From positions 31,992,001 through 32,056,000 of the forward strand of contig NC_135903.1 in NCBI RefSeq assembly GCF_964194155.1: DNA of 64,000 nucleotides. Direction: 5' to 3'. The DNA is from Cetorhinus maximus. Taxonomy: Eukaryota. The notes under the pieces are model-generated. The model saw nothing but the letters and a program-made list of their open reading frames with translations. It did not search any database and was not told the origin of the DNA. The first letter of the stretch is position 1; each line of letters begins with the position of its first letter. The translations under genes were made by a program, and so were the position numbers. This document shows positions 1-11,568 of the stretch, piece after piece.

Positions 1-104
1 AAACGACTAACAAAGCATAATCGTGTCCATCGATATAACTTTTGGATACAGAGACAAATTTAACGAAAGCGGTTATAGATTTTTGAAGTCCGCTTGGGAT
101 TTAC

Positions 105-1662
105 CTGCTACATCCAAGTCAGCCTTGAAGTGCGCGAAATGAGTGTGAATATTCCCTAACACGTTCTCTTGAAGTTTAGCTCCATAGGTAAGTCCGTCGT
201 CAAAAAGAACTGAAGTAAGCGCATATCCTGTCGGATGGACCTTGGTCTCAATCACTCCATTGTTGTGGAATATGTAATCAAACACAAAGTCATAGTTCCC
301 CATGGTTGATATTGACCTGATGATCAGCACGCAGTCGGATAATCCTCCATAAGAGGGGGCAGAGTACCAGCTTGAATAGTGACGCCTTAGGGGCATTTCT
401 CGGTTTTGTTCAAAGATACAAATGGAATTTCTGATCCTGTGGGGTTCTTCACTCTGCATTAAGTGGAAGGTGTCCATGAATGTTGCAGTATAGGGACAGT
501 CCACGCCTCTCACCAGCTCATTAGCACATAGTCCAATTCCATAATGACCGTCTAAGAACTTGGTCCTCATTAAGGATGGTGTAACGCCCCCATAAACGGA
601 ATTTAACTCCTGTACACTTAATTCGTAGACGATCCTTTCCCCCTGGAATCTGATATCGAACAACTGCAAACCATTTACAGTACTATGCCGAAATGAAAAA
701 TTCCATTCAAAATAACTGACATCATTGCCTTCAACATAGTACCGCTGGCCTTTTGGCTCATATTGCAAAGGGGCGACCGTTTCATATTCCGTGCGAGGTT
801 CCAGCGATGCATAGTTGGGATCTGATTCCTCGCGATGTAGTTTCATCTTCCTCACAGACCCCCTGTCATACTGGCCCACCAGCTCGTCAATGCTGTCAAA
901 GTACTGGTTATTGTAAAAAACTTTCTTCACAGCCCACTCTGAGATATTTGTGCTGCTGTGATCGAACAGAACTTCAAACCCCAGAGGATGCATAAACGGA
1001 CCGCTGAGGTTTCTCAGGAAGGGAAACCAGGTTTCCCTGTCTCCCGGTTTGAAGCCGCGAGGGGCAGAGTCTAAATGAATCAGAGCTTCCCCGTCGGATC
1101 CAAAACTTTCCCGAAGGAGCCGGGAAGCTTTCTCCAGTCCCATTCTGGAAACGACCTGTTCATATTCGAAGAGCGTTAATGGTCTGGAGTTAAAGCTGAG
1201 GTTCTGGTATCGCTGGGAAGTAACGTCCTTATGGTAGGCTGGATTCGGAAGGGGTCCCACGATGTATTCGGTTATATTGGGCACAGTTTGAGCACCAAAT
1301 ATCACCACAGCTCTGGCTTCTCTCCTGGGCTGATTTTCGCCCTCGTCTAAAAACTTTAAGACGTCCCTTTTACGGGGGATTTGCAATTCGATCATGTAAA
1401 CGGAATTATCAGACGGAAGTGCTTTGTTGCAATTCACCAGCTTCACCCCGAGTTTCTGCTTCAGGTACATCAGAATGCTCGTCAGCTCCTCTTGCTTGAG
1501 GTCTGCAAACACGTCGTTCCGATGCACCACTCCATGCTCGGAAAGATGCACCCGGTTCGCACAGTTTGGCGATTTCGAGAACCCCACCAGCAATATCCAA
1601 TTCAGGGCTATAATCGCGACCAAAGCCACCGCCAAGAGGACGAACAAAACCTTCAAATTCAT
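105..1662 (-). CDS. Copper-containing amine oxidase (AOC2/AOC3/VAP-1-like), first coding exon; gene continues beyond the window start
   Basis: ATG at 1662 in ACCATG context, then a hydrophobic type II anchor (MNLKVLFVLLAVALVAIIALNWILLVG). TPQ motif STMGNYDF, catalytic-Asp region KFLDGHYG, Cu-ligand HTH (NIHTHFAHFKADLDVAG). Ends at a phase-1 donor G|GTAAAT at 105/104. Synteny next to PSME3 fits AOC2/AOC3; exact paralog not resolved. Confidence 0.93.
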
Positions 1663-2274
1663 GGTGAACGGAAGATCCAGATGCAGCCGACTTTGTTTTG
1701 GATTATCGTTTCCAACTTGGGGGGGTAACACAAATCCATATGTTTTATAGCTGAAGGAAATTATTTGCTCTGATTGGTTCCAAAGGTACTGACGCCGGAG
1801 CTCCGCGTTCTCCATCTGTTTCTGGAGTGGACTCTTTGAGATGTTAACTCTTTGAGGTCTTTGAGATGTTGCCTTCCTCAATTTGGCTCTTAGCCCATTT
1901 GAATTAAAGCTACAACATAACTCTTTCCCATCCTTTCGCCTTAAGACTTAATTACATTTTGCATCTTTGCTGTCAGTGAGTAAGGTCTTTTTGGGTGTTT
2001 ATTTCAGATAGGAATTAGGGAGAGTTACAATCAAATTTTTTTAAAATTGATTTTCGCCGTGACATTAGTTTGGACAGTGAATCGGTAACTATTTCCCCCA
2101 ACATTTTTAAACCGGCGCTCAAGGCACAGTGATGGACAAAATCTCATCTGCGATAGCAGTCCACAGGTTGTGTGTTATACTTGCGGTGCTGAAGCCATAC
2201 ACGTGCATGAGGAGGGCCCTTGGCTCCACGAGGTGACAACAAACGGATATTAAAAGGCTGGAGCTAATGGGGGA

Positions 2275-2500
2275 AAAAATGTACATATTTATGTAGCACC
2301 CTTCATGACCCCAGGGCGTCCCAAAGTGCTTCACAGTAAATTAAGCACATTTGCTGGGCGAATTTACATGTGCACGGGAATATCCCGTCAACAGCAGTGA
2401 GATAGTCACCAGTTAGTCCGTTCCAGTGATGTTGATTGAAGTAAAAATAGAGGCCCGGACAGTGGGGGGCAAACCCCTCTGCTCTTCTTTGAAATAAAAT
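2275..2500 (-). mobile_element. Deu-domain SINE (SacSINE1-like) fragment
   Basis: Reverse complement resembles the SINE body and tail at 46920-47345 (GAAGAGCAG core, AAAGCACTTTGGGAC tail). Boundaries approximate. Confidence 0.6.
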
Positions 2501-3825
2501 TTTTATAGAGTCACAGGAGGGGGCTTGGCGTCACACCTCTGTAACATTGCCCACCTCTGCCCCTGCCTCAGCCCATTTGCTGTTAAAACCCCCATTCATG
2601 CCTTTTTTTGCCTCTAAACTTGACCATTCCAATGCACCCCTGACCAAGCTACTATCTTCCACTGACCAAGCTATCATCTTCCACTCTCTGTCAACTTGAG
2701 GTCACCTAAAACCCTGCTGCCCAAATCAACAATGTCCAGGAGGTAGAGCCAAGGAACATATTGCTTTGAGAGCAAGGGAATTCCTTCTGTCCATCTACTG
2801 GCTCTTTAAGCAGGTAATGATGAATAATTGTCATTGGGCGCGAGAAAATAATGAACTGGGATGCCTCGTGCCCACTCATTTATTTTGAAGCACTAATGAG
2901 ATTTGTGCCCAGGAGCAGTGAGATTCTGCTGTTCTTCCCTCCACTGTTGTCTAATCAGACTAGGTACACTGACTGCTCCCCAATTTTCTGCTTCCACTGT
3001 ATTGAAACTGGAAGTATACCCTATCAATACATCCTAGGCCAGTGTGAAAATGTGGCATAAAGCATGCATAGTCATAGCTCCAGAGGCAAAGTTAGGTAAT
3101 TATTTGGTAATTTATTGAAAGTTTTACACGTATAATATGGATTATATAGGAAAATGTGAATACAAATGTCTACCATTTCCTACATTATTCTAACATCTGC
3201 AATGTCCATTATGTGTGAAGGTACTTTCCTCTAAATGTTATATTGTGTTTGTTTCCCCAAGTACAAAACTCAGACTACATATGACCAAATCAGAGCTCCA
3301 TCATATGGTACAGTTTTCGAAGATTAATTTATTATCCTCTAATTGACAGTGGAAGGGCACCTGTATAAACATGGAAAATGAGGGTGCAGATGAAAGGCTT
3401 GACTTCCCCATGGAGCAGTCAGTTAATACAAGTTTGGAATGCTGATTATTAACAGTGGAACTAGAAAAAATATGAAAAAACATAATTGGCATGGAAATAA
3501 TGTTGAAACATTTGGAAGTAAATAATTTACACAAAGGAAAAAGGGGACAAAGAGAGGGCCATACGTATCCCTCCCTTGGGCCTCATTTGTTCTGGCACTA
3601 CTTGACAGATTGCTTGCCAAGTTACCACAGTTCTCTCTCTTAATTCTATTATTTATAGATTCAGGAGGCCAGATGTTAACTGTCAAAACCATTTTGGGTT
3701 TAAGGCCCACTATTCAGACGACCAAAGCCCTATTATGGCAGCTAGAAAGTTCTGCACAATTCCAGCTGGAATGCGTCCTGCCAGGTGACTAAGGATAAGC
3801 AAAAGGCATTATTTTTTAAAAATGT

Positions 3826-4596
3826 ATTCATTCAAGGGATGAGGGCATCGCTGGCTATGTCAGCATTTATTGCCCATCCCTAATTGCCCTTGAGGAGATG
3901 GTGGTGAGCTGCCTTTTTGAACTGCTGCAGTCCATGTGGTGTAGGTACATCCACAGTGATGTTACAGAGGGAGTTCCAGAATTTTGACCCAGTGTCAGTG
4001 AAGGAATGACTATATATTTCCAAGTCAGGATGGTAAGTGGCCTGGAGGGGAACTTCTAGGTGGTGGTGTTCCCATGCCTATCCTTCTAGATGGTAGTGGC
4101 TGTGGGTTTGGAAGGTGCTGTCTAAGGAGCCTTGGTGAGTTCCTGCAGTGCATCTTGTAGATGGTACACACTGATGCTACTGTACATCGGTGGTGGAGGG
4201 AGTGAATGTTTATGAATGGGGTGCTAATCAAGTGGGCTGCTTTGTCCTGGATGGTGTCAAGCTTCTTGAGTGTTGTTGGAGCTGCACTCATTCAGGCAAT
4301 TGGAGAGTATTCCATCACATTCCTGACTTGTGCCTTGTAGGCTGTGGACAGGCTTTGGGATGTCGGGAGGTGAGTTACTTGCCGCAGGATTCCTAGCTTC
4401 TGACCTGCTCTTGTAACCATAGTATTTATATGGCTAGTCCAATTCAGTTTCTGGTGAATGGTAACCCCCAGGATGTTGATAGTGGGGGATTCAGTGATGG
4501 TAAAGCCATTGAACATCAAGGGGCAATGGTTAAATTCTCTTTTGTTGGAGATGGTCATTGCCTGGCACTTGTGTGGCATGAATATTACTTGCCACT
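3826..4596 (-). mobile_element. CR1-type LINE 3' fragment
   Basis: Degenerate RT C-terminal peptides in minus ORFs (INILGVTIHQKLNWTSHIN, YKAQVRNVMEYS, LDTIQDKAAHLI); homologous to 6478-7763, 41085-41705 and 58420-58935. Confidence 0.85.
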
Positions 4597-4978
4597 TGTC
4601 ATGTCTGAAAGAGGCGTTAGGTTCTTTGCATATACAAATAACCGGCCTGAAGCCTGTTTGAGGCATTAGGTTCTTTGCATATACAAATAACCGGCCTGAA
4701 GCCTGTTTGAGGCGTTAGGTTCTTTGCATATACAAATAACCGACCTGAAGCCTGTTTGAGGCTCCTCCGTGTTTGCCCAGAGGCAGCAGAACCAGCCCCA
4801 GCTGCAGTCAGGGAATCCAGACCTCGGGGTAGTTACCTCAAACTTGCCACTGCGCACGACATGCCCCTGCGCTCCCCAACTATCAATCCAGACCCACCCA
4901 AACCCCGACTCATGCGCCCTCCAATTCACCGTGTAAACTACAATCCCTGATAACGCCGACCTACAGGTTGCCATGACA
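4597..4978. mobile_element. ~380-bp insertion with TGTCATG...CATGACA termini (solo-LTR- or MITE-like)
   Basis: Begins where CR1 homology stops; 7-bp terminal inverted repeats with TG...CA ends; CACTTG repeated across both junctions (4593-4598, 4977-4982). Confidence 0.55.
4611..4762. repeat. Tandem repeat, 3 x 49 bp
   Basis: Unit GAGGCGTTAGGTTCTTTGCATATACAAATAACCGGCCTGAAGCCTGTTT at 4611, 4660 and 4709, with single substitutions. Confidence 0.95.
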
Positions 4979-5439
4979 CTTGCAGCAGCCCAAACTTGGG
5001 ACTCCTCCCCACCAGTGGGTCTTCATGTTTCATCAGTGACATTGAAACGAAGATTGAGCCCCAAGGTCTGGAGAGCTTCAGACCTCTTAATTGAGGTGTG
5101 GGGCAGCATGAACCAGGCCTGCCATCACAACCCAGTTTTTAGGCCATTATTTTTACAGAAACACTTGCAATGTATGTTAGCATGCCATCTTTTTTTGCAG
5201 TGTTGTTTTCCATGTTATATCATGCAACATTTATTATACCTGATAAATCTTTTATTTAAATACCATTGATTTTGTTTCCCATGCTCCAAACATAAATTAT
5301 TTGTGATGAAAATTACACAAGGGCAGCTATCCACCATGAAGGATATACTGACTCCTCAGAGCCTTTGTGAAGTGAAATGAGGAGCAATGACTTTAATGGC
5401 TTTATCTTCTCAATCCACGTTAAGAACAGCTCTCCACGT

Positions 5440-6070
5440 AGCACTAGGAAGTTGCCACTGCCTCTGTGCCATTCCAGGATAGTGTAAGTGACATAGAAAA
5501 CAACTCTCTTCAGTGTAAAGGTACATCCAGCAAGTGACAGATGCCCTGTTCACACCAGGCACCAATGCTCAGATTCCACCATGGGATTTGTCAGAATGCA
5601 TCGAGTAATAAATGGGATCCATGTAGCTCTACAAGCACTGTCTGACAGGAGTACCCCTACATTAACAGGAAGGGCATTTTATTCCCACTGAAGTCTATCT
5701 TTTATGTGACAAGCAGTATTGCAGGTGAATGCAAGGCACAGGCACCCAGTCGTACATTGATTCAGAGACAATCACCTGTATTCCACCACTTGTTATAGAT
5801 AAAACATAATAAAGAGTTGGATCTATGGCCATCAGATACCTACTGTTGCTCTGAGCAATGCCTCACTTGCAATATTTCAGCACAGCAGTTGACATAAGGC
5901 AACATGAGATCCATGTCTCCAAAACGACGATCATAAAGAAGACTGGAATTCTGAAGCAATGTTTCCATCATTTGAAAGGGTCAGTGGACATGCTGCAGTA
6001 CCAGCCTGCCTGCTGTGTTGTTGCTTCCTGTATCTTTTATTACATTGCCATGGAAAAAGGAATGTATCTT
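5440..6070 (+). mobile_element. Decayed PIF/Harbinger (HARBI1-like) transposase remnant
   Basis: Frameshifted peptides GFVRMHRVINGIHVALQA, YINRKG, LQVNAR and IIKKTGILKQCFHHLKGSVDMLQY..VVASCIFYYIA resemble Harbinger DDE motifs (G-F-P..IDCTHV, NRKG, IE..GLLK.RF..L, ACC.LHN). Confidence 0.7.
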
Positions 6071-6477
6071 ATGGAACAACAGCAGGAAAACACGGAACAA
6101 ATACCAAATCCAGATCAGCAGGAAGCAGAGCTCTCCGTGCCCTCCACCCCCTTCCCCACACTCCAGGTTGTGAGACAGCTGAAAAGCCCATTCTTAAAGC
6201 TTTCATCACAGAAACCTTTGCCTGAGCCATTCACAGTACCATCTTCTTCCCTTACCACACCAACATCCTTACCAAACACGGCAATACACCCATCATTTAT
6301 AAATCTCGGCTCTTCTAGAAACATTTTCCATGGGGGAGAGCTGCATATGTTCCACTGTTAAGGGACAGAAACTTTTATCTTTTGCTGTTCCATTCAGCCC
6401 TTTCTAGAACTTTACTTGTAACTGTGCCTTATACTCCATGTGGAAGTAGGCCCAATTGCAGAATGCCATTTTTAAAA

Positions 6478-7763
6478 TTCGTTCATGGGATGTGAGCATT
6501 GCTGGTTAGGTCAGAAATCATTGCCCATCTATAATTGTCCTTAAGGAGGTGATGGTGAGCCACCTGCATGAACCACTTTGGTCCATGTGGTGTAGGCACA
6601 CCCACAGTGCTGTTTGGGAGGGAGTTCCAAGACTTTGGTCCAGCGACAGCGAAGGAACAGCAATATAGTCCCAAGTCAGGATGGTGTATGGGTTGGAGGG
6701 GAACTTGCAGATGATGGTATTCCCATGCATCTGCTGCCCTTATCTTTCTAAGTGGTAGAGGTCATGGGTTTGGAAAATGCTATTGAAGGAGCCTTGATGA
6801 GTTGCTATAATGCATCTTGTAGACGGTACACACTGCTGCCACTGTACATTGATGGTGGACAGAGTGAACATTTAAGGCATTGGATGGACTGCCAATCAAG
6901 TGGGCTGTTTTGACCTGGATGGTGTCAAGCTTCTTGAGTGTTGTGGGAGCTGCACTCATCTAGGCAAGTGGAGAGTATTCCATCACACTACTGACTTTGC
7001 CTTGTCAATAGTGGATAGGCTTTGGGGAGTCAGGGGGTGTTACTCTCCACAGAATTCCTAGCATTTGACCTACGCTTGTAGCCACAGTACTTATATGGCT
7101 GGTCTGGTTGTTTCTGGTCAATGGTAGCCCCCAGGATGTTGATAGTGAGGAATTTAGCAATGGTAATGCCATTGATTGTCCACGGGAGATGGTTAGAATC
7201 TCTCTTGTTGGAAATGGTCATTGCCTGGCACTTATGGCACGTGTTACTTGTCACTTATCAGCCAAAGCCTGAACATTGGCCAGGTCTTGCTACATATGGA
7301 CACGTTGTGCAAAGATGTGCAATATCCTCACTACTGACCTTATTGTGGAAGGTCATTGATGAAGCAGGTGAAGGTGGTTGGGCATAGGATACTAGCTTGA
7401 GGAACTCCTGCAGTGATATCCAGGACTGAGATGGTTGACCTCCATCAATTACAACCATCTTCCTTTGTGCTAGATATGACTCCAACCAGTGGAGTCATCT
7501 CCCCAACTCCCATTAATTTCAGTTTTGCTAGGGCTCCTTAATGTCACAATCAGTCAAGTGCTGCCTTGATGTCAAGGACGATCACTCTCATCTCATCGAG
7601 CGTTCAGTTCTTTTGTCCATGTGTGAATCAAGACTGTAATGAGATTAGGAGCTGAGTGGCCCAGGTGGAATGCAAACTGAGCACCAGTGAGCAAGTTATT
7701 GTTGAGTGCTGCTTGATAGCACTGTCGAAGGCACCATCACTCTGCTGATGACTGAGAGGAGAT
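6478..7763 (-). mobile_element. CR1-type LINE fragment (continues at ~9800-10145)
   Basis: Same family as 3826-4596; RT peptides ESYLAQRKMVVIDG here and GPDNILATVLKTYAAELAVPLAKLF further on. Confidence 0.8.
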
Positions 7764-9795
7764 TACATACAAATATACGAACAAGGAGCAAGAGTCGGCC
7801 ATTCAGCCCCTTGAGCTTGCTCCGTGACTTAATAAGATCATGGCTGATCTGATAGTAACCTAAAATCTGCATCCCACTTACCGCAGATAACCTATCAACC
7901 CCTTGTTTACCAAGAATCTATTCACCTCTGCCTTAAAAATATTCAAAGACTCTGCTTCCACCACCTTCTTAGGAAGAGAGTTCCAAAGACTCACGACCCT
8001 CTGAGTGAAAACATTTTGCCTCATCTGTTTAAAAGGGGTCGCCCATTTAAAAGTGGCCCCTAGTTCTAGGTTCTTCCACAAGAGGAAACATCCTCTCCAC
8101 ATCTACCCTTTCAAGACCTCTCAGGATCTTATACATTTCAATCAAATCACCTTACTCTTCTAAACTCCAGTAGATACAAGCCTAGTCTGTCCAACCTTTC
8201 CTCGTAAGACAAACTTACCCATTCCAGGTATTTACCTGGTAAACCTTCTCTGAACTCTTTCCAATGCATTTACATCCTCCCTTAAATAAGGTGATCAATA
8301 CTGTACACAGTACTCCAAATGTGGTCTCACTGGTGCCCTGTACAACTGAAGCATAACCTTACCTTTGTATTCAATTCCCTTACAATGAGTGATAACATTC
8401 TATTAGCTTTCCTAATTATTTGCTGTACTTGCATACTAGCTTTTTGTAATTCATGTACTAGGAAATCCAGATCCCTCTGCACCTCAGAGTTCTGCGATCT
8501 CTCACCATTTAGATAATATGTATTTCTTTTATTCTTCCTGCAAAAACAGACAATTTCACATTTTCCCACATTATACTCCATCTGCCAGATCTTTGCCTAC
8601 TTATTTAACCTATCTATATCTTTTTGTAGCCTCATGTCCTCTTCACAACTTACTTTCCTATCTTTGTGTTATCAGCAAATTTGGTAACCATCCTATCCCC
8701 CAAGTCATTTATATAAACTGTAAACAGTTGAGGCCCCAGCACTGATCCCTGTAGCACACCACTTGTTACATCTTGACAACCTGGAAAAGGCCCATTTATG
8801 CCAACTCTCTGCTTTCTGTTAGCCAGGCGATCTTCTATCCGTGCCAATATGTTACCCCCTATACTATAAGCTTTTATTTTCTGCAATAACCTTTGATGAG
8901 GCACTTTATCAAATGCCTTCCGGAAATCTAAGGACAGTACATCCACCGATTCCCCTTTATCCCAAGCATGTTACTTCCTCAAAGAACTCCAATAAGTTGG
9001 TTAAGCATGATTTCCCTTTCACAAAACCATGTTGACTCTGCCTGATGACCTTGAGCTTATCCAAGTGCCCTGCTACAGTTTCTTTAATAATAGCTTCTAA
9101 CATTTTCCCTATGATGGATGTTAAGCTAACTGGCCTGTAGTTTACCACTTTCTGATTCCCTCTCTTTTTGAATAATAGTTACATTTGCTATCTTCCAACC
9201 TAATGGGACCTTCCCCAAATCTAGTGAGTTTTGGAAAATTAAAACAAATGCAACAACTATCTCACAAGCCACTTCTTTTAAGACCTTAGGATGAAGTCCA
9301 TCAGGACCCAGGGATTTGTCAGCCCGCAGCTCCATCAATTTACTCTACCACTTCTCTGGTGATTGTAATCTTCCTAACTTTCCCATTTCCTGTTTCTGGT
9401 TTATAACTGCTTCTCTATATCTCAATATGTATCTCTATAGTGAAAACTGATGCAAAATACCTGTTCATCCGGCATCTCCTTATTTTCCATTATCAATTAT
9501 CCAGACTCTCATTCTATATGACCAACACTCACTTTGTCCACTCTTTTCATTTCTAAATATTTATAAAAACTCTATCTGTTTCTATATTTCTGGTTAGCTT
9601 TCTCCCATACTCGAATTTTTCCCTCATTAGCTTAGTCATTCTTTGCTGTTCCTTATATTCTGTCCAATCTTCTGGCCTTCCACCAATCTTTGCACAATTA
9701 TATGCTTTGTCTTACATTTGATACTATCTTTAACCTTCCTAGTTAACCACGGATGGTGTGTCTGTCCCTTGGACCTTTTCTTACTCGTTGGAATA
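7764..9795 (-). mobile_element. Second-family CR1 LINE nested inside the first
   Basis: Minus ORFs: GPDGLHPKVLKEVA, NYRPVSLTSIIGKMLE, QHGFVKGKSCLTNLLEFFE, LDFRKAFDKVPH, GVLQGSVLGP, KFADNTK, FTQRVVSLWNSLP. Boundaries approximate. Confidence 0.9.
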
Positions 9796-11156
9796 CAAGA
9801 TGATGCTGGATTTGCCTGGCTCTTTGTGGTCAGTTCAGGAGATACGTGGGCAATTTTCCACATTGCAGGGTAGCTGCCAGTGTTAAAACTGTACTTGAAC
9901 AGCTTGGCTAAGGGCACAGCTAGTTCTGCTGCATAAGTCTTCAGTACTGTTGCCAGAATATTGTCAGGGCCCATAGCCTTTAGAGTAGCCAGTACCTTCA
10001 GCCTTTTTCATTATATCACATGGAGTGAATTGAATTGGCTGGAGATTGGTATCCGTGAAGTTGAGGACTTCAGGAGGAGGCAGAGATGGATCCCGCACCT
10101 GGCCCTTCTGGCTGAAGATAATTGCAAATGCTTCAGCCTAATCTCATGCAAGAATCCAGAAAATCCAAGGAGCTGTCTTTCTGAAGTGATCAGTATTTTT
10201 GCATCCCAATATCTGGACAAAGGTGGCAACTGAAAGAATATTAAAAAAGGGCTACACTGAATTGATTTATTTTAAGTCTTGTGAGGTTTGTGTACAATAC
10301 ATGGAATGCCAAATAGAATGCTCTAACCTTTGCCACAATTTAAATGAGCTTTGGAAAAAAAAAAGAGTAATTGATATCATTAGTGTCAAAATATTTATTG
10401 TTGAGACCAAAGTGAAAGCACCAAGAGATACTATCTAGGATATAAAGCCAGCTGAAGTTCCAGAAATAAAATATCTGATTCACAGCTTCATTCTAACTAT
10501 AGCCTGGACCTGGTAATAAAATATTCAAATCTCGACAAGTTCATTATTACATGGAATGGCCATCCCGTATTCACATTCTCATTTGATATCTCAGTGCGTT
10601 ACTTCTGCTTTCTTGCTTACAATTATACTCATGCATTGGCAGATATCACTTTAAAAAAGGAGAGAATTTTAACTTTCAAGAATTCTGAGCAGAAACTATT
10701 CTGTGCCAAAGTATTATTGGCAGGGGAATGTCAGGGAATTCTGCCATAAACTTCAATTTAATATACTATATATCTCAAAGGCTATGCTTCATAGTAGAGA
10801 ACATAATCTACAGTGACGATCAAGGTTTTGGTTTGTAAGCTCACCAGGAATGCACGGGGATAAAAAAAAAAATCCCTTTTGCCATCAGGTTTCTGCTTAA
10901 CCCCTCACCCCCCACCCACCCCCTCTACTGGCTTAGAAGAGGTGGTCAGGGGTGGGGTTCAAACACAACTACTGAATATTTTGCTTTTAGCCCTTTAGTT
11001 TACAGTTCAGTGCCAGTAACTGAATATTTTATTTTCAGTGTTTGATGAATGGCACTGACCCACTACATCTTGGCCATGCTTTGAAGACACACACACATAC
11101 ACCCTCATTGCAAACTGAATCTTCCATTAAGTTTCTGTCCTACTCAAAGAATCGAT

Positions 11157-11162
11157 TTTATT
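11157..11162 (-). promoter_or_regulatory. Candidate distal poly(A) signal (AATAAA) of PSME3
   Basis: TTTATT on + strand with upstream TGTA/U-rich context on the minus strand; closes a ~2.7-kb stretch after the PSME3 stop in which I recognised no transposon. Use is not shown. Confidence 0.4.
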
Positions 11163-11292
11163 GTGCTTTGCAGGGAAAGAAAAAGCACTGATTAAAACAT
11201 TGTAAAGAGGTACACGTGGTACTACAGGATTAAGATCAAGCACAGTAACAGCACCATACTGCCACAATAAAGTCACATCTGATTATACCAGT

Positions 11293-11568
11293 GGAAACTT
11301 GTATAGAAGCATGCCAGGTGGTGTCTACAAAATACATTTCTTCAGCTCGGTAAGGACACAGTCATTTCTAACAAAATTAAATTCAACTTGTCAAACTATT
11401 CTTTCGGCTTTTAAAAAGACAACTAAAATATTAAGAAGCTGCCAATCCTAATGCACTGAGTTTGTGTACTGTGTGTTGTGCCATAAAGTGATAGCATCCT
11501 TCTCACTGTGACATGATAGTATGGAAACTTTGTACTTCTTTACAAGGAAGGGTGGGGTTGGAATCAGA
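11293..11568 (+). pseudogene. Diverged duplicate of BECN1 coding exon 3 plus ~210 bp of the following intron
   Basis: Aligns to 50018-50288. Exon part 45/59 identical (reads ETCIEACQVVSTKYISSAR vs ETCLENRPDGVSRKYIPPAR); exact GCTCGGTAAGGA across the donor; exact TGCCATAAAGTGATAG (11479-11494 vs 50201-50216). Confidence 0.88.

Noticed and set aside
753-1750. Plus-strand ORFs overlapping the amine oxidase exon
   Set aside because: Antisense shadows of a real coding exon with no recognisable motif.
5858-6361. 167-aa ORF as a domesticated HARBI1 gene
   Set aside because: Catalytic motifs are degenerate and the upstream part is broken by frameshifts and stops.
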